Shown here: one piece after another, positions 18,781 through 29,000 of the stretch
Position numbering within the stretch: the first letter of the stretch is position 1
How the letters are laid out: every line of letters starts with the position of its first letter
NCBI GenBank assembly: GCA_023246355.1
Contig: JAHFIQ010000001.1
Location: forward strand, 81,887 to 145,886
Direction of reading: 5' to 3'
DNA from: Candidatus Uhrbacteria bacterium
Lineage (GTDB): Bacteria; Patescibacteriota; Patescibacteriia; UBA9934; GWF2-40-263
Length of the DNA stretch: 64,000 nucleotides
Notes under the pieces: model-generated
What the model saw: only the letters and a program-made list of their open reading frames with translations
What the model was told of the DNA's origin: nothing
Database searches by the model: none
Position numbers and translations under genes: made by a program

Positions 18781-20511
18781 TTACTTGATCCCCGTGCACT
18801 TTTGGAAGCGTGCCGTGCAGGTGATCGTCGTGATCCCGGGAGTCACGTTGAGCGTCCCGGTTTGGGGCGCTCCGTTGCGGCCGTCCATTTGGACCGTGAC
18901 CTGGTAGGTCCCCTCTGGCAGCTTCACTGTGGTATCGGCAGGCGAGACACTGAATGTGCCACCTGCACCAACCAGCTTGATCGTTGCGACCGTGTCTTCC
19001 TTCAAGATGAGCCGCACCATGGCCGGCTCCGTCTGCAGCGCGACTTCAGCAGGAGCCTTCACGACCGCAGCTGTTTTTTGCGTCTTCTTTTCGATCTTGG
19101 TGGGCGCGGGAGGCGCGACTTGGACTGGAGCAGACACGGGCACAACCGTCTCGACCTTGGGAGTCACAGAGGGCACAGACACCGGCTCCTCCTGCACGGT
19201 CGGAGCAACAATCGCAACCGGCGTGCTGCTGTTCGTGAGATACCAGACGGACATCACAGCGATCACGAGAACCGCTGCAATGACACCCAGACTCAGGAAG
19301 AACTTCCGCTTGGCCGCTCTGCGGGTTGAATCAAGCTCGCGCTCAAACTGCGTTCCGCTCTGGGTCCCTGCTCCATGGAGCGTTCCTCCTGCTGGCTCAG
19401 CGCGCCCTCCCCATGGATTGGCAACCTCCGCTTGCGAGGACGTCGCCACCTTTGGAGCGGAGACAACTCGTCCTTCTTCTTCGACACTGGCCAGTCCTCC
19501 CGAGGAGGCATGAACTCCTCCCCTGGGCGGCAAAATCGTCACATGCGGATCGCCAGGCTTCGGGGATTCCAGTCGAACACGCTGTGCCTCACGGCGGGCA
19601 CGCTCGACCTCAGGAGCTGTTCCCAGTGCATGGGTGATTTCTCCCTCGGGAAGCGCCTCGAGCGCATCCCTCAGAACCTGCGCCATCACCTCGGCCGTAG
19701 AATAGCGATCATCTCGTTGTTCTGATGTGGCCTTGCGGATCACCTCAGCAAGCACGGGAGGAACCCCATCCATCATGTCTGGATTGCGAGCAAGGGTGAC
19801 GTGAAAGGCATCATTCCACATTCGCTCAGGATTCATGAGCATGATGTAGAGCGTCACAGCCACGGCGTAGAGGTCTGCTCGACCATCCACGTTTCGGGCA
19901 TCCCGCTGTTCAGGCGCCATGTAGGCAAGCGTGCCAAGCGTGGTCACATCAGCCGTGAGCTGCCTGGTTCCACTTTCGATGTGGGCGATCCCGAAGTCGC
20001 CAAGCTTTGGCGTGCCGCCTTTGGTAAGGAGCAGATTCTCGGCCTTTACATCCCGGTGGATGATCGGCGAAGGCTTTCCTTCTTCGTCAGTGTGCGTGTG
20101 CGCGGACGAAAGCGCGGTGAGAATCGCGATCGCGACTTGGGTAGCCTGACGAGGCGGCATGCACCCGAACTCGACCAGATGGTCGAAGAGCGTTCCACCT
20201 TCCAGGTATTCCATGATGATGAAGGGATACCCATTCACATCATCCACTTCGTACACTTCGACGAGATGTGGACCCCGAAGCCTTGCCATCACGCGTGCTT
20301 CGTTGAAGAAGCGACGACGCAATGTCTCAGACCTGAGATAGGTTGGGTTGATGAGCTTCAAGGCTCGCCGTCCCAGCACGTCATGGCGCACCAAGACGAC
20401 CGAGCCCATGGCCCCACTTCCCAAAACCCTCTCGACCGTGTAACGCTTGAGCGGAGTAAGGAGCCCCCGCACTTCCGCAAGAACTGCTGCGTGTGGATCA
20501 GGGGGCATGGT
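18781..20511 (-). CDS. Hanks-type Ser/Thr protein kinase with TM segment and C-terminal PEGA domain
   Basis: LGSGAMGSV glycine loop, HRDVKAENLLL, DFGIA and APE motifs. TM helix SLGVIAAVLVIAVMSVWYL. C-terminal KLPEGTYQVTV PEGA-like motif. Likely start MPPDPH at 20511. GC about 63%. Confidence 0.8.
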   Translation of the reverse strand, partial: TMPPDPHAAVLAEVRGLLTPLKRYTVERVLGSGAMGSVVLVRHDVLGRRALKLINPTYLRSETLRRRFFNEARVMARLRGPHLVEVYEVDDVNGYPFIIMEYLEGGTLFDHLVEFGCMPPRQATQVAIAILTALSSAHTHTDEEGKPSPIIHRDVKAENLLLTKGGTPKLGDFGIAHIESGTRQLTADVTTLGTLAYMAPEQRDARNVDGRADLYAVAVTLYIMLMNPERMWNDAFHVTLARNPDMMDGVPPVLAEVIRKATSEQRDDRYSTAEVMAQVLRDALEALPEGEITHALGTAPEVERARREAQRVRLESPKPGDPHVTILPPRGGVHASSGGLASVEEEGRVVSAPKVATSSQAEVANPWGGRAEPAGGTLHGAGTQSGTQFERELDSTRRAAKRKFFLSLGVIAAVLVIAVMSVWYLTNSSTPVAIVAPTVQEEPVSVPSVTPKVETVVPVSAPVQVAPPAPTKIEKKTQKTAAVVKAPAEVALQTEPAMVRLILKEDTVATIKLVGAGGTFSVSPADTTVKLPEGTYQVTVQMDGRNGAPQTGTLNVTPGITTITCTARFQKCTGIK

Positions 20512-21427
20512 ATGCCTCCGTGGAAAGAGTGGGTGGCTGCTTGGCACCGAAATGCACTTGGAACCCAACGCCCAATCCTGTGAACACGAGCGTGGTACCA
20601 GCTGCGACGATCGAGGCCGCGCCAAGGGTGTTGGCGCTGCTCTGATGGCCGAGCAGTTCCCCATCTGGGGTTCCTGGATCCTCAAACAGTGATCGCTCGT
20701 TCATGGCAACCGCGTAGAGGACACCGCCAGTCAGGGCCGAAACCCCAGCCGCGATGTACCACGGACGCGGGTCCTTGAGCGGCGAGCGCTTGATTCCCAA
20801 GTCCGCGGCCGTCAGCCCCAAAGGATTGTCGCTCCACTTGGGGATCGCCTCACCTGGTTGGATGTAGCGCGTCTCCATGAGCACGTCGCCAGGTCCAAAC
20901 ACTTGGATCACCACCGGCGTTGCCTTGTAGCGCGCGGCATTGCGGACTCCCGAGACCATGATGTAGCCACCGATGGGCGGATAGACCGGCTCGGCTTCGC
21001 CGTCTGCAACAGAGGCTGCTGTCTCGTACAGAGCACGCAACGGGTGATCCGCATCCACGACCTCGGTTGAAAACGCGTAGCCTGGCTCGAGCTTGCGCGC
21101 GGCATGGAACTCCGCGATCGCCCTGGGTTCATCGTTGTTGATGAACGCCTCCATGGCCATCAGTCGATGAAAACCGGCTGCGGCGTTCACGGACAGTGGC
21201 TGTGCAAGGCACGGGAGGATCCTGGTCCGCGCGAGCGTCGAGGCAGTGAGAAGCCCTTCGGCATTCATCTGCGCGAACGCCTCCTCAGCGACGACTTCCG
21301 ATCGCGTCAAATCGGCGAGCACCGTGGGCACTTCGCACCCAGCCAGGGCCGAACGCGGCATCACAATCGACAGCGCCAACATGGCACTCAACAGAATCTT
21401 GGACATCTTCCCTCCGATAGATTTCAT
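20498..21427 (-). CDS. Hypothetical lipoprotein/exported protein with C-terminal TM
   Basis: Signal peptide with lipobox LAGC. 309 aa. Overlaps the kinase start by 14 nt. GC-rich. Confidence 0.45.
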   Translation of the reverse strand: MKSIGGKMSKILLSAMLALSIVMPRSALAGCEVPTVLADLTRSEVVAEEAFAQMNAEGLLTASTLARTRILPCLAQPLSVNAAAGFHRLMAMEAFINNDEPRAIAEFHAARKLEPGYAFSTEVVDADHPLRALYETAASVADGEAEPVYPPIGGYIMVSGVRNAARYKATPVVIQVFGPGDVLMETRYIQPGEAIPKWSDNPLGLTAADLGIKRSPLKDPRPWYIAAGVSALTGGVLYAVAMNERSLFEDPGTPDGELLGHQSSANTLGAASIVAAGTTLVFTGLGVGFQVHFGAKQPPTLSTEAYHAP

Positions 21428-21490
21428 CGTCCTTTGACCTCAAAGAACGAGGCGATTTTTTATCATAAATCGCCCTCAACGTCAATATAG

Positions 21491-21629
21491 CATGGAGACC
21501 TCTGCAAAACTCGATGAGATTGCGTTGAACGGGCTGTCGAGCCCCACGAGACGTAGGTTATCTACGTAGAGTGGGGTCGACGGGTGCCCGTGAAACGCAA
21601 GATCGCGAGTTTTGCAGAGGTCTCCATGG
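21491..21629. repeat. Long-hairpin intergenic repeat element, copy 1 (inverted orientation)
   Basis: Perfect 23-bp terminal inverted repeat catggagacctctgcaaaactcg / cgagttttgcagaggtctccatg. Conserved core ctcgatgagattgcg ... cgcaagatcgcgag. Confidence 0.75.
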
Positions 21630-21637
21630 TTTAAAAG

Positions 21638-22081
21638 CTACCTAGTGTCCTCAACAGTCCATTCAGAAACGCGAGTTGCAGCTTCGATCTGTTCTGTCGT
21701 TGGTGAAACAACAATGGAGTCAGAAATGGAAGTGGTGAGGTCTGAGTTCAGATCAGACGCGGTCGTGACTTCGCCCGCGAGATCAACCTTGATGGTCATT
21801 TGAAACTCACTTGATTTGGTCTCGCGGATGGTCACAATGCTGACGGATCCTGCATCAGCCTGACGCACAAACCAACCCGTTGGTGCTTCAAAAAGCACAG
21901 AAACCTTGCTGGACATGACATACGTGGTCATGTCGATTTCCTCCTCAACGATCTGCACCCGCTCTTGTGCATTTGAATCCTCCGCGAAAAATTCCTGGTT
22001 GACGGAAGATTGCGCACATCCAGCACCGAGAAGAACAAGGCCGAGTAAAAGCATTGATGATCGCATAGAGAATTTATTCAC
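21638..22081 (-). CDS. Hypothetical lipoprotein
   Basis: Signal peptide with lipobox LLGAGCAQS. 147 aa. Confidence 0.5.
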   Translation of the reverse strand: MNKFSMRSSMLLLGLVLLGAGCAQSSVNQEFFAEDSNAQERVQIVEEEIDMTTYVMSSKVSVLFEAPTGWFVRQADAGSVSIVTIRETKSSEFQMTIKVDLAGEVTTASDLNSDLTTSISDSIVVSPTTEQIEAATRVSEWTVEDTR

Positions 22082-22195
22082 ACCTTACCCACTTTTTGTT
22101 AGAAAAAGCTGATTTTACGGCCTGAGTTGGGAGCCTGGCTCCCAACTTGGTGCTGGCGGGGTTGACAAAATCACCAAAAAGGCGCTAAATGGAAG

Positions 22196-22228
22196 TAGAG
22201 ACTAGCTCTTTTCCGGCCGAAAGGCCAC
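22196..22228 (+). promoter_or_regulatory. Sigma70-like promoter for the 22239 lipoprotein gene, with upstream hairpin
   Basis: TTGACA, 17-nt spacer, CTAAAT; the preceding hairpin gttgggag/ctcccaac lies at 22127-22147. Confidence 0.35.
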
Positions 22229-22238
22229 GGAGTGCATC

Positions 22239-22853
22239 ATGACCAGTTCCCTGCGCTTTGCGCTTCTTCCCCTGGCCCTCGGGCTGGGATGCAATGGCCT
22301 TCCGGGAACGGATGGCCAGGACTGCGAAGGTTCGGCCTGCACGCAGGACTCCGGGGACGGCAACGACCCCGAGACCTACGTCACCGCGGCCCACATGGTG
22401 GCGCCGTACGGATGGATGGGCGACTTCAGCGCCGACAACGACACGGTGTGCGAGAACGCGGCCGAATGCCTGTTCGAGCCCGACGACCCGGACACCTACG
22501 AGCTCGAGCTCCAGGGAGATCTCTTCCTGTGCGTGAGCCAGGAGACGCCGCTCACCGAAGCCGACGCTGCCGCGACCACGGATCTCACCTGGGAAGGCGA
22601 AGGCCAGTGTGGTCTCGCGCCGGATGGTCAGTACAGCCAGTTCGACGTCAAGACCGATACGCACGACTGGATCGGTTACGACCAAGTGCGGATCCAGATC
22701 GACTCCTGGGGAGCTCCGGTCACGAAGGACGCCTTCTCCTGGGAAGACTCCGACTACCTGCTCGAAGGTACGATCGCCAGCGACCTCTCCTCGATCACCT
22801 ACCACCTGGCAGCTGGATCGAACGAAGAGACCGCGACCATCACGCTGCAGTAG
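22239..22853 (+). CDS. Hypothetical lipoprotein (acidic, GC-rich gene)
   Basis: Signal peptide with lipobox ALGLGCNG. 204 aa. GC about 68%. The overlapping ORFs on both strands are high-GC artefacts. Confidence 0.55.
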   Translation: MTSSLRFALLPLALGLGCNGLPGTDGQDCEGSACTQDSGDGNDPETYVTAAHMVAPYGWMGDFSADNDTVCENAAECLFEPDDPDTYELELQGDLFLCVSQETPLTEADAAATTDLTWEGEGQCGLAPDGQYSQFDVKTDTHDWIGYDQVRIQIDSWGAPVTKDAFSWEDSDYLLEGTIASDLSSITYHLAAGSNEETATITLQ

Positions 22854-22871
22854 ACACCGGTCGCTGCATAT

Positions 22872-22900
22872 CCCCGACTACGACAGTCGGGTTTTATTAT
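22872..22900 (+). terminator. Rho-independent terminator
   Basis: Stem cccgact/agtcggg followed by ttttattatt, directly after the lipoprotein stop. Confidence 0.5.
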
Positions 22901-22901
22901 T

Positions 22902-23029
22902 GAGACCTCTGCAAAAGCCGCGATCTTTGCTTTCACGGGCACCCAGGCACCTCCTCAACGTAGTTTTCACTACGTTTCGGAGGCTGCCAGCCCGTTCAAG
23001 CAAATCTCATCGACTTTTGCAAAGGTCTG
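22902..23029. repeat. Long-hairpin intergenic repeat element, copy 2
   Basis: gagacctctgcaaaagccgcgatc ... core acgggcacc ... caagcaaatctcatcgacttttgcaaaggtctg. Lies between convergent gene ends. Confidence 0.7.
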
Positions 23030-23074
23030 TATTGTCTATATTATCCCGAACCAAGTGAGGGATGACGCAGAGCG

Positions 23075-26000
23075 TCAATCCGGCGTAACAGCAATCGTGC
23101 CGTCAAAGTTGATCCAAGGATTCGCTGTTCCTGCTCCGCCATAGTCCACACACGAACTTGAATCTCCTTCAGAGGGACAGCTCTCAATATTACACTCTCT
23201 AACACTCGTCCCATCCTCCGTCTCCCCTGAAAAACAATTATCCGTACCATCCGCACCCGCGTCACAAAACCCAGTGCACCAGCCCCAGTTGTCAGTCACA
23301 CTCACGCGAGGCTGGAAGACACAGGCACCGCTTGAATCCAAGCACGGCGAGTTGAGTAAACGGGTTGTGTCTGTATCGTCATACTCACAGGTTCGAGAGG
23401 TGAGCAGCGCCGTATCGCCGTCTGTGCAAATGTAGTCGTGAGCGAAGTTGATGTAGGACGTGGAGCAGGCTGTGCTCGATGTTCCAAATTCAACTGGATC
23501 GCTACCACAAATTTCTTGCTCTGACGTCGCATTCAACCCGCGATGGTTTTGATAGAAGTTGTCTTCTGCTGTGGAGCCACTTTGAGAACCCGTCGGCCAG
23601 TGCGCGCCAAGACCCGTAGGTTGGACCCCACCAAAATCATCTCCCCAGTCGATCACAATCCGACGAATCGGCATCTGGTTAGAATTCGCGTAGGTAAAGA
23701 AGCTCACGTTGGCATGATACGTCCCCTCTCCTTCCAAATCTCCCCCGTCGACCTCTCCGATATTGAACTTCCCTTCCGTGTCCTCGATACATTCAGTACC
23801 CACACAATCTCCCACCGACACCACCGTCGGCGGCTCAGGTTCATTATCATCGTCGCCCACGGAACGCGTGTCCCAGAGCCAAGGTTCGTCTGCCGCTAGA
23901 TCTTCATATGCAACAGGGGTCCAACTCCCAAATTGCTCTCCTGTATTAAATCCAGTTGTCAACGCGCCATCAGGAACTTCTTGAGCTGCCACACCTTCAT
24001 ACCCGTCTTCAAATTGAATCATGCCATAGATGCGACCAAACAATTGTGATAGTCGGCTAATCGCATCATCAATTGTGTCGTTCTCTGTAAAAGTCGTGTA
24101 TCCACTCGTTGGAACAACGGAATCAAACGTCATCGAAAAATCACGGAAACTGCGAGCGTCCTCACCAGCCGTACTGGTAAAACTGCTAGCAGAGGCATCG
24201 CAGGCCGTTGTTGTTTCAACAGGTGGAATCTGGTAGTCGTCGTTTCCTTCTGAACACATCACAGGAGTGTGAGCCCAAGGGTCAGGATTGTCATCAGTTG
24301 TAAATTCCACTGCCAATTCTTCAGGATCAGTCGCCACACCATATGGAGAAAGAAGCGTGTCATAGGTATACCCAAAGTGGGCATCATCTCCACCTGGATC
24401 AGCAATAGAAAACGCTGCTGAAGAACTCTCCCACAGTCGATCGGTCCAAGCCGCATTGTAGGAATCGAACGGGTAGTCATCTTCATTTGGTTCTGTGGCA
24501 GAAACTTGAACAAGGGTCGAACAAGCTGGATATCGGGTAAACACCCATGCTGCCAGAGAGTCGACTCCAGTAATTCCATCAGCATAAGAATAGTAATATC
24601 CACAGCTCACCAAATTATTTCCATAACAGGTCGTTGGATCTTCTGTGGTTGGAATACCGTCCTCCAACAAATCATAAGGTGACGTAAACTCGTCAAGACT
24701 ATCACCTAAGACACCTCGTGCTGCACAATCGTCATACAATTCAAATGCATTATCAAATCTCCATGGCGCCAACACATATACTTCTACATTGAGACCAGGG
24801 TACCAGTGGTCACCTACATCACTTGTGTTAACCGAATAATCTACCGTGTAATAATTCCCAGGAGACAAGCAGCGATCTCCATCATCACCCTCTGCGTCAG
24901 TTGCTGTCTTGTAAGAAAATTTCGGTACACAGAAATAGGGACAATCATCAGTCGTAATAGACGCTCCACAATACTGACCGCTTGCTCCACCATTTAGATC
25001 ATGATACGTGGAGTTATCTTGACCTCCACACCCTGTCATCACGGCAAAATAACCTTCTGGACAAAACACAGAGGAAATACAGTCATCGTTTGTAGAATTT
25101 GAGGATGGATCATTCGCCGTTGCCAACCAAACATCCCATGTCGTCTCTGCATCATCTTGCTCAGCTTCTGTTCCTTCGTGATCGTAATACAATCCACCAT
25201 CACAATAGTCATCGACTTCCTCTGCACATAAAATGTTCGATGTCCAAACACTATACGCCGCCTCAATATCCGCACAGTAATACGTCTCCTGTGGCGTGTA
25301 GCCGGCGGAGGTGTATTTGCCGTACAAATCGGTCGAGCCGGCGAGTTGGTCCACCGGGAGCCAGCTGAGACAGGCTTGGTCTTCTGTGTCAGAAGAACCG
25401 AGCGTCTGGATCGAGGTATCTTTTTCAATGCAGTAGCCTTCCCAGCCGTACATCGTGGAAACACCGCTCAACGCCGAGCAGGTGCCCACTTGCGTAGTAC
25501 CAATGGAACAATCATCGTCATCAAGACACGGAAGTCCTGGAACAGGTCCACCTGTACAAATGCCATCTGGAACCTCGCCACTCTGGCTGAACGTATCTGC
25601 CCCTGTGCCTGCCTCATAGTAACGGTATCCGGAACCTTCTCCGTATTCCACTTTATCGTAGCTACAATCACAGTCCACTGGCTCGCCGTATAAATCTAAT
25701 CCACACACCGCAGAATCTTGGAACCCTCCCACATAGGCATAGGGCAGAGAGTACCAAGAAGCTGGCAGACCTCCTGATCCGGAAGCGCTAAACGTCGCAT
25801 CCGTTGGAGACGTGCCATCAGCCGTGCTGTATCTGAAGGTCTTCCAGTCATCAACGACCGACGTTGGATACGGCGAATCGATCTCTGGATACCCTCGGCA
25901 GCCCATCTCACGGCCAGAGGTCACTTCGCCGCCAGAAATCGCCAAAGTATCGGCATACCCATCGCCGTTGTCGTCCTTGATGTCGGACAGACATCGGTTG

Positions 26001-29000
26001 TTGAAGCACTCACCGGTGGTTGAGGTGGAAGCTGGAACACAGGTGGCACCATACGCATACGCGCTACAACTTGTATCTGCATCGCAAGCTTCAGTGGCAA
26101 CAAAATCATTTTCAGACGTGAACTTATCTACACAGACAAACTGCACAGGATCGCAGAAATACGTATGAAGCCCAATGTCGGTCGTGTTTGTTGTGCAATC
26201 GGAATTGGTACCATCACTGGAATTATCATTATCGGGATTACACGAACAGTCGGAATTAACACAATTCGTTGTTCCACTCGCCTGACAATATCCCACCACG
26301 CAGGCCTCAGAACCTGAACAGTCATCATCGGATGCACACGCGCTGCCAGAGTCCTCGCACATTCCAATAGAACACGATCCTCCATTGCCATCACCAGACT
26401 CTGTCGCATCACATGGTCCGGCGTTATAGACGAGACGATAGTCCGTGTCGGAATTATTTGCGCAAGAGTAGTAGCAATATCCAGAATCGGAACAGATACC
26501 AGAGTACGAGGCACAGTCAGCATTCGTCGTACACGCTGTCGTGCTAACTCCGCAATCTTCGTACGTATTACAGTACGTAGGAAGTCCAGCATCGTTGGTA
26601 AGTTCGGTCGACGTCGTTTCCATGCACACCGTCGTTGGCTCCAAATTAAACTGCGTATACAAATCCGTCGGGAGCTGATTGGGGATGGTGCCGCCTGACC
26701 ACTCCTCGCCAAACCAATTCACGTCACGTGCTGAATACTGATAGGCACCCAAAATTTCTGGATCGCTCGAATCCCACTGTGTACATGTTGAGGTATCACC
26801 CTGGTTGGTTCCCTCCACGCACAGATTGATGGAATCACAAATGGTGTCGTAGGTTGAAGACGTTGTGTTCCAACTGGTCTTGGATGATTCACATGCCAGC
26901 CACGCTGAACACGAGCGATCACGATTCACTTTGATGACTTCGTTCGCATCGTCATCAAGAGCATATGTCGCGGACACGTCCTCACAGGTTGCGGTCACGT
27001 CTTCTCCCAAATTGGTTGTAAGCACAGGGCAGTCGTCATCCACCAAACAAGAACGTTCATAAACTTGTGTGGAAGAAACTTCTGTGGCAGAAGGCGTGTC
27101 AATCGAATCTCCATCTTCGACTTCATACGAACAGCGTCGTGCGCACAAATCTACGGTCTCGCTTGTGAGTCCCAGCGCATCTGCATCTGAGGAGGAAACC
27201 GTAAACTCACCACCCTCGTCCAACTCACAGTCGATCGGATCCTGAAGGGAATTTTGCTCTTCGCCAAAGAAGACATCCGCATGCATGGACACCACATACG
27301 AGGCCCCGGCGTTATAGCTCAACTCCGAGTCGGTTGTGTTATTGAATACGGCGCAGCCAAACTTCTGGCTCACTTGACCATCACAGCGCTGGGTATCGGT
27401 AAGCGTGTCTTCGCTGAGCAAATCATCATTGGTGAAGTAGTACGACTCTCCGTCCTCACCCCCGCCGCCAGCCGTGTCCACCACATCCACAAACTCGGTA
27501 CACAGATCATACGCGTCTTCACAGGCCGCCACCCAACCGTCATAGTCATCGTCACCATTGGCCCACACACCAAATTCATTGCCATTGATGAGGTAGGAAT
27601 CATCCTCGTCTGGATCAAAGTCGCCGCTTGCATCACTGTCAGTCCAATCGCACGGCTCCGTTGTGCCAGATCTAAACCAGCCTGAGTACTCCTGATTGCC
27701 GATCGTAACCGAGTCTTGATACTCACAGGTCTTGTCCAGTGGATCCTTAAAATAGAAATTCCCGTCTTGGGTGGAATCCCATTCTTCACAGAATAATTCT
27801 TCGTCACTGCACAGCAGCGTGTCGTAATCTTCAGGCAGATTCAGGTAATACACGGACTCAAAACTATCGACCTCTGACTGATCTTGATTGAACGTTGGCA
27901 AACCGAGCTCCTCACAACCCATGGCTTCCTCATCACATTCATAGGTGTCGTCGGCAACGAGATACACAGGAGCATCCGTGGGAACAATCACTGTTTCGGG
28001 CCCAAAGACAACCGCGTAGTGAACTGTTGAGCTCACAGCTTCAGAGGGCAATGGTTCCTCCAAAACCGTATCCGCATCAAATGTACAGTACGAAGAACCC
28101 GAAGTAATCGTGCAGTACTCAACTCCGTCGATCTCGCAGGTCGTGTTCGCGCCGACGGTTTCTGGCTCATCAGAAAAGTCCGTGTCAGAGGAATACATGC
28201 ACCTGGCGTTGTAGACCTGCTGGTAACTCGAATCAGAATTCCCTGTATCAAAGAATCCTTCACATCCAACGACATCCTCGGAACACAAATCTGAGAACTG
28301 ATACAGATCCGCGTCCACGCCGTTCTGATCCGTGTACGCTTCACAGCCAAGATAATACTGATCAGACTCTACTCCGTCAGCCGTCGCATCACAGGTTGAT
28401 GGCACCACCCACGAGTCTTTGATGAGCGTGATGTCTTCTTCGACCTGTTTGAGCGAGATGTTGTCCACGTAGGCTTCCGCAGCTGAGGCCACTCTAAATC
28501 GCAGGACCGCGTTCTCGTCAAAATCTGCGTAATCACTTGTGTCCAGTGGACCCAGGCTGAATAGCTGCCAGGAGCCCGTGAGTTCCACAGGTGTTAAATC
28601 TGAGGCAGAAGAAATGGTCGCACTTGGGTTTGACAGATCATGCGTGTCGCCCGATCCGCCCTCCTCCTCAAACGTGACATACATGTTCCCGGATCCCTTC
28701 GCCCAGAAGTCCACGACAAACGTTTTGCCACCCACAAGATCAGACGTGAGCGCTCCACAACTTTCCTCACTATCCTCAATCGTACAGTCTTCATCGGCTG
28801 AACCATCGGCATCTACATCATTTTCAACGTCACAGCCAGAGTCGCCTATCGTTCCTCCATTTCCTGTACAGGTTGTTGATGTTCCTGCTGCATCTCCTGC
28901 CTCATCATACGTTTCTGTTGTAGTTGCACTGTCCAAATAAATCTGGATCGTCTCAAACCCAGCCAAGCCACCGGTTGCAGAAACATAGAGTGAATGACCG

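Noticed and set aside
18064-20583. Long antisense ORFs 18064..19329 (+) and 19801..20583 (+), and ORFs 22185..22805 (-) and 22232..22903 (+)
   Set aside because: They are opposite to clearly assigned genes (serS, the kinase, a lipoprotein) in a GC-rich stretch where stop codons are rare. Their composition is R/H/G-rich nonsense, typical of high-GC antisense frames.
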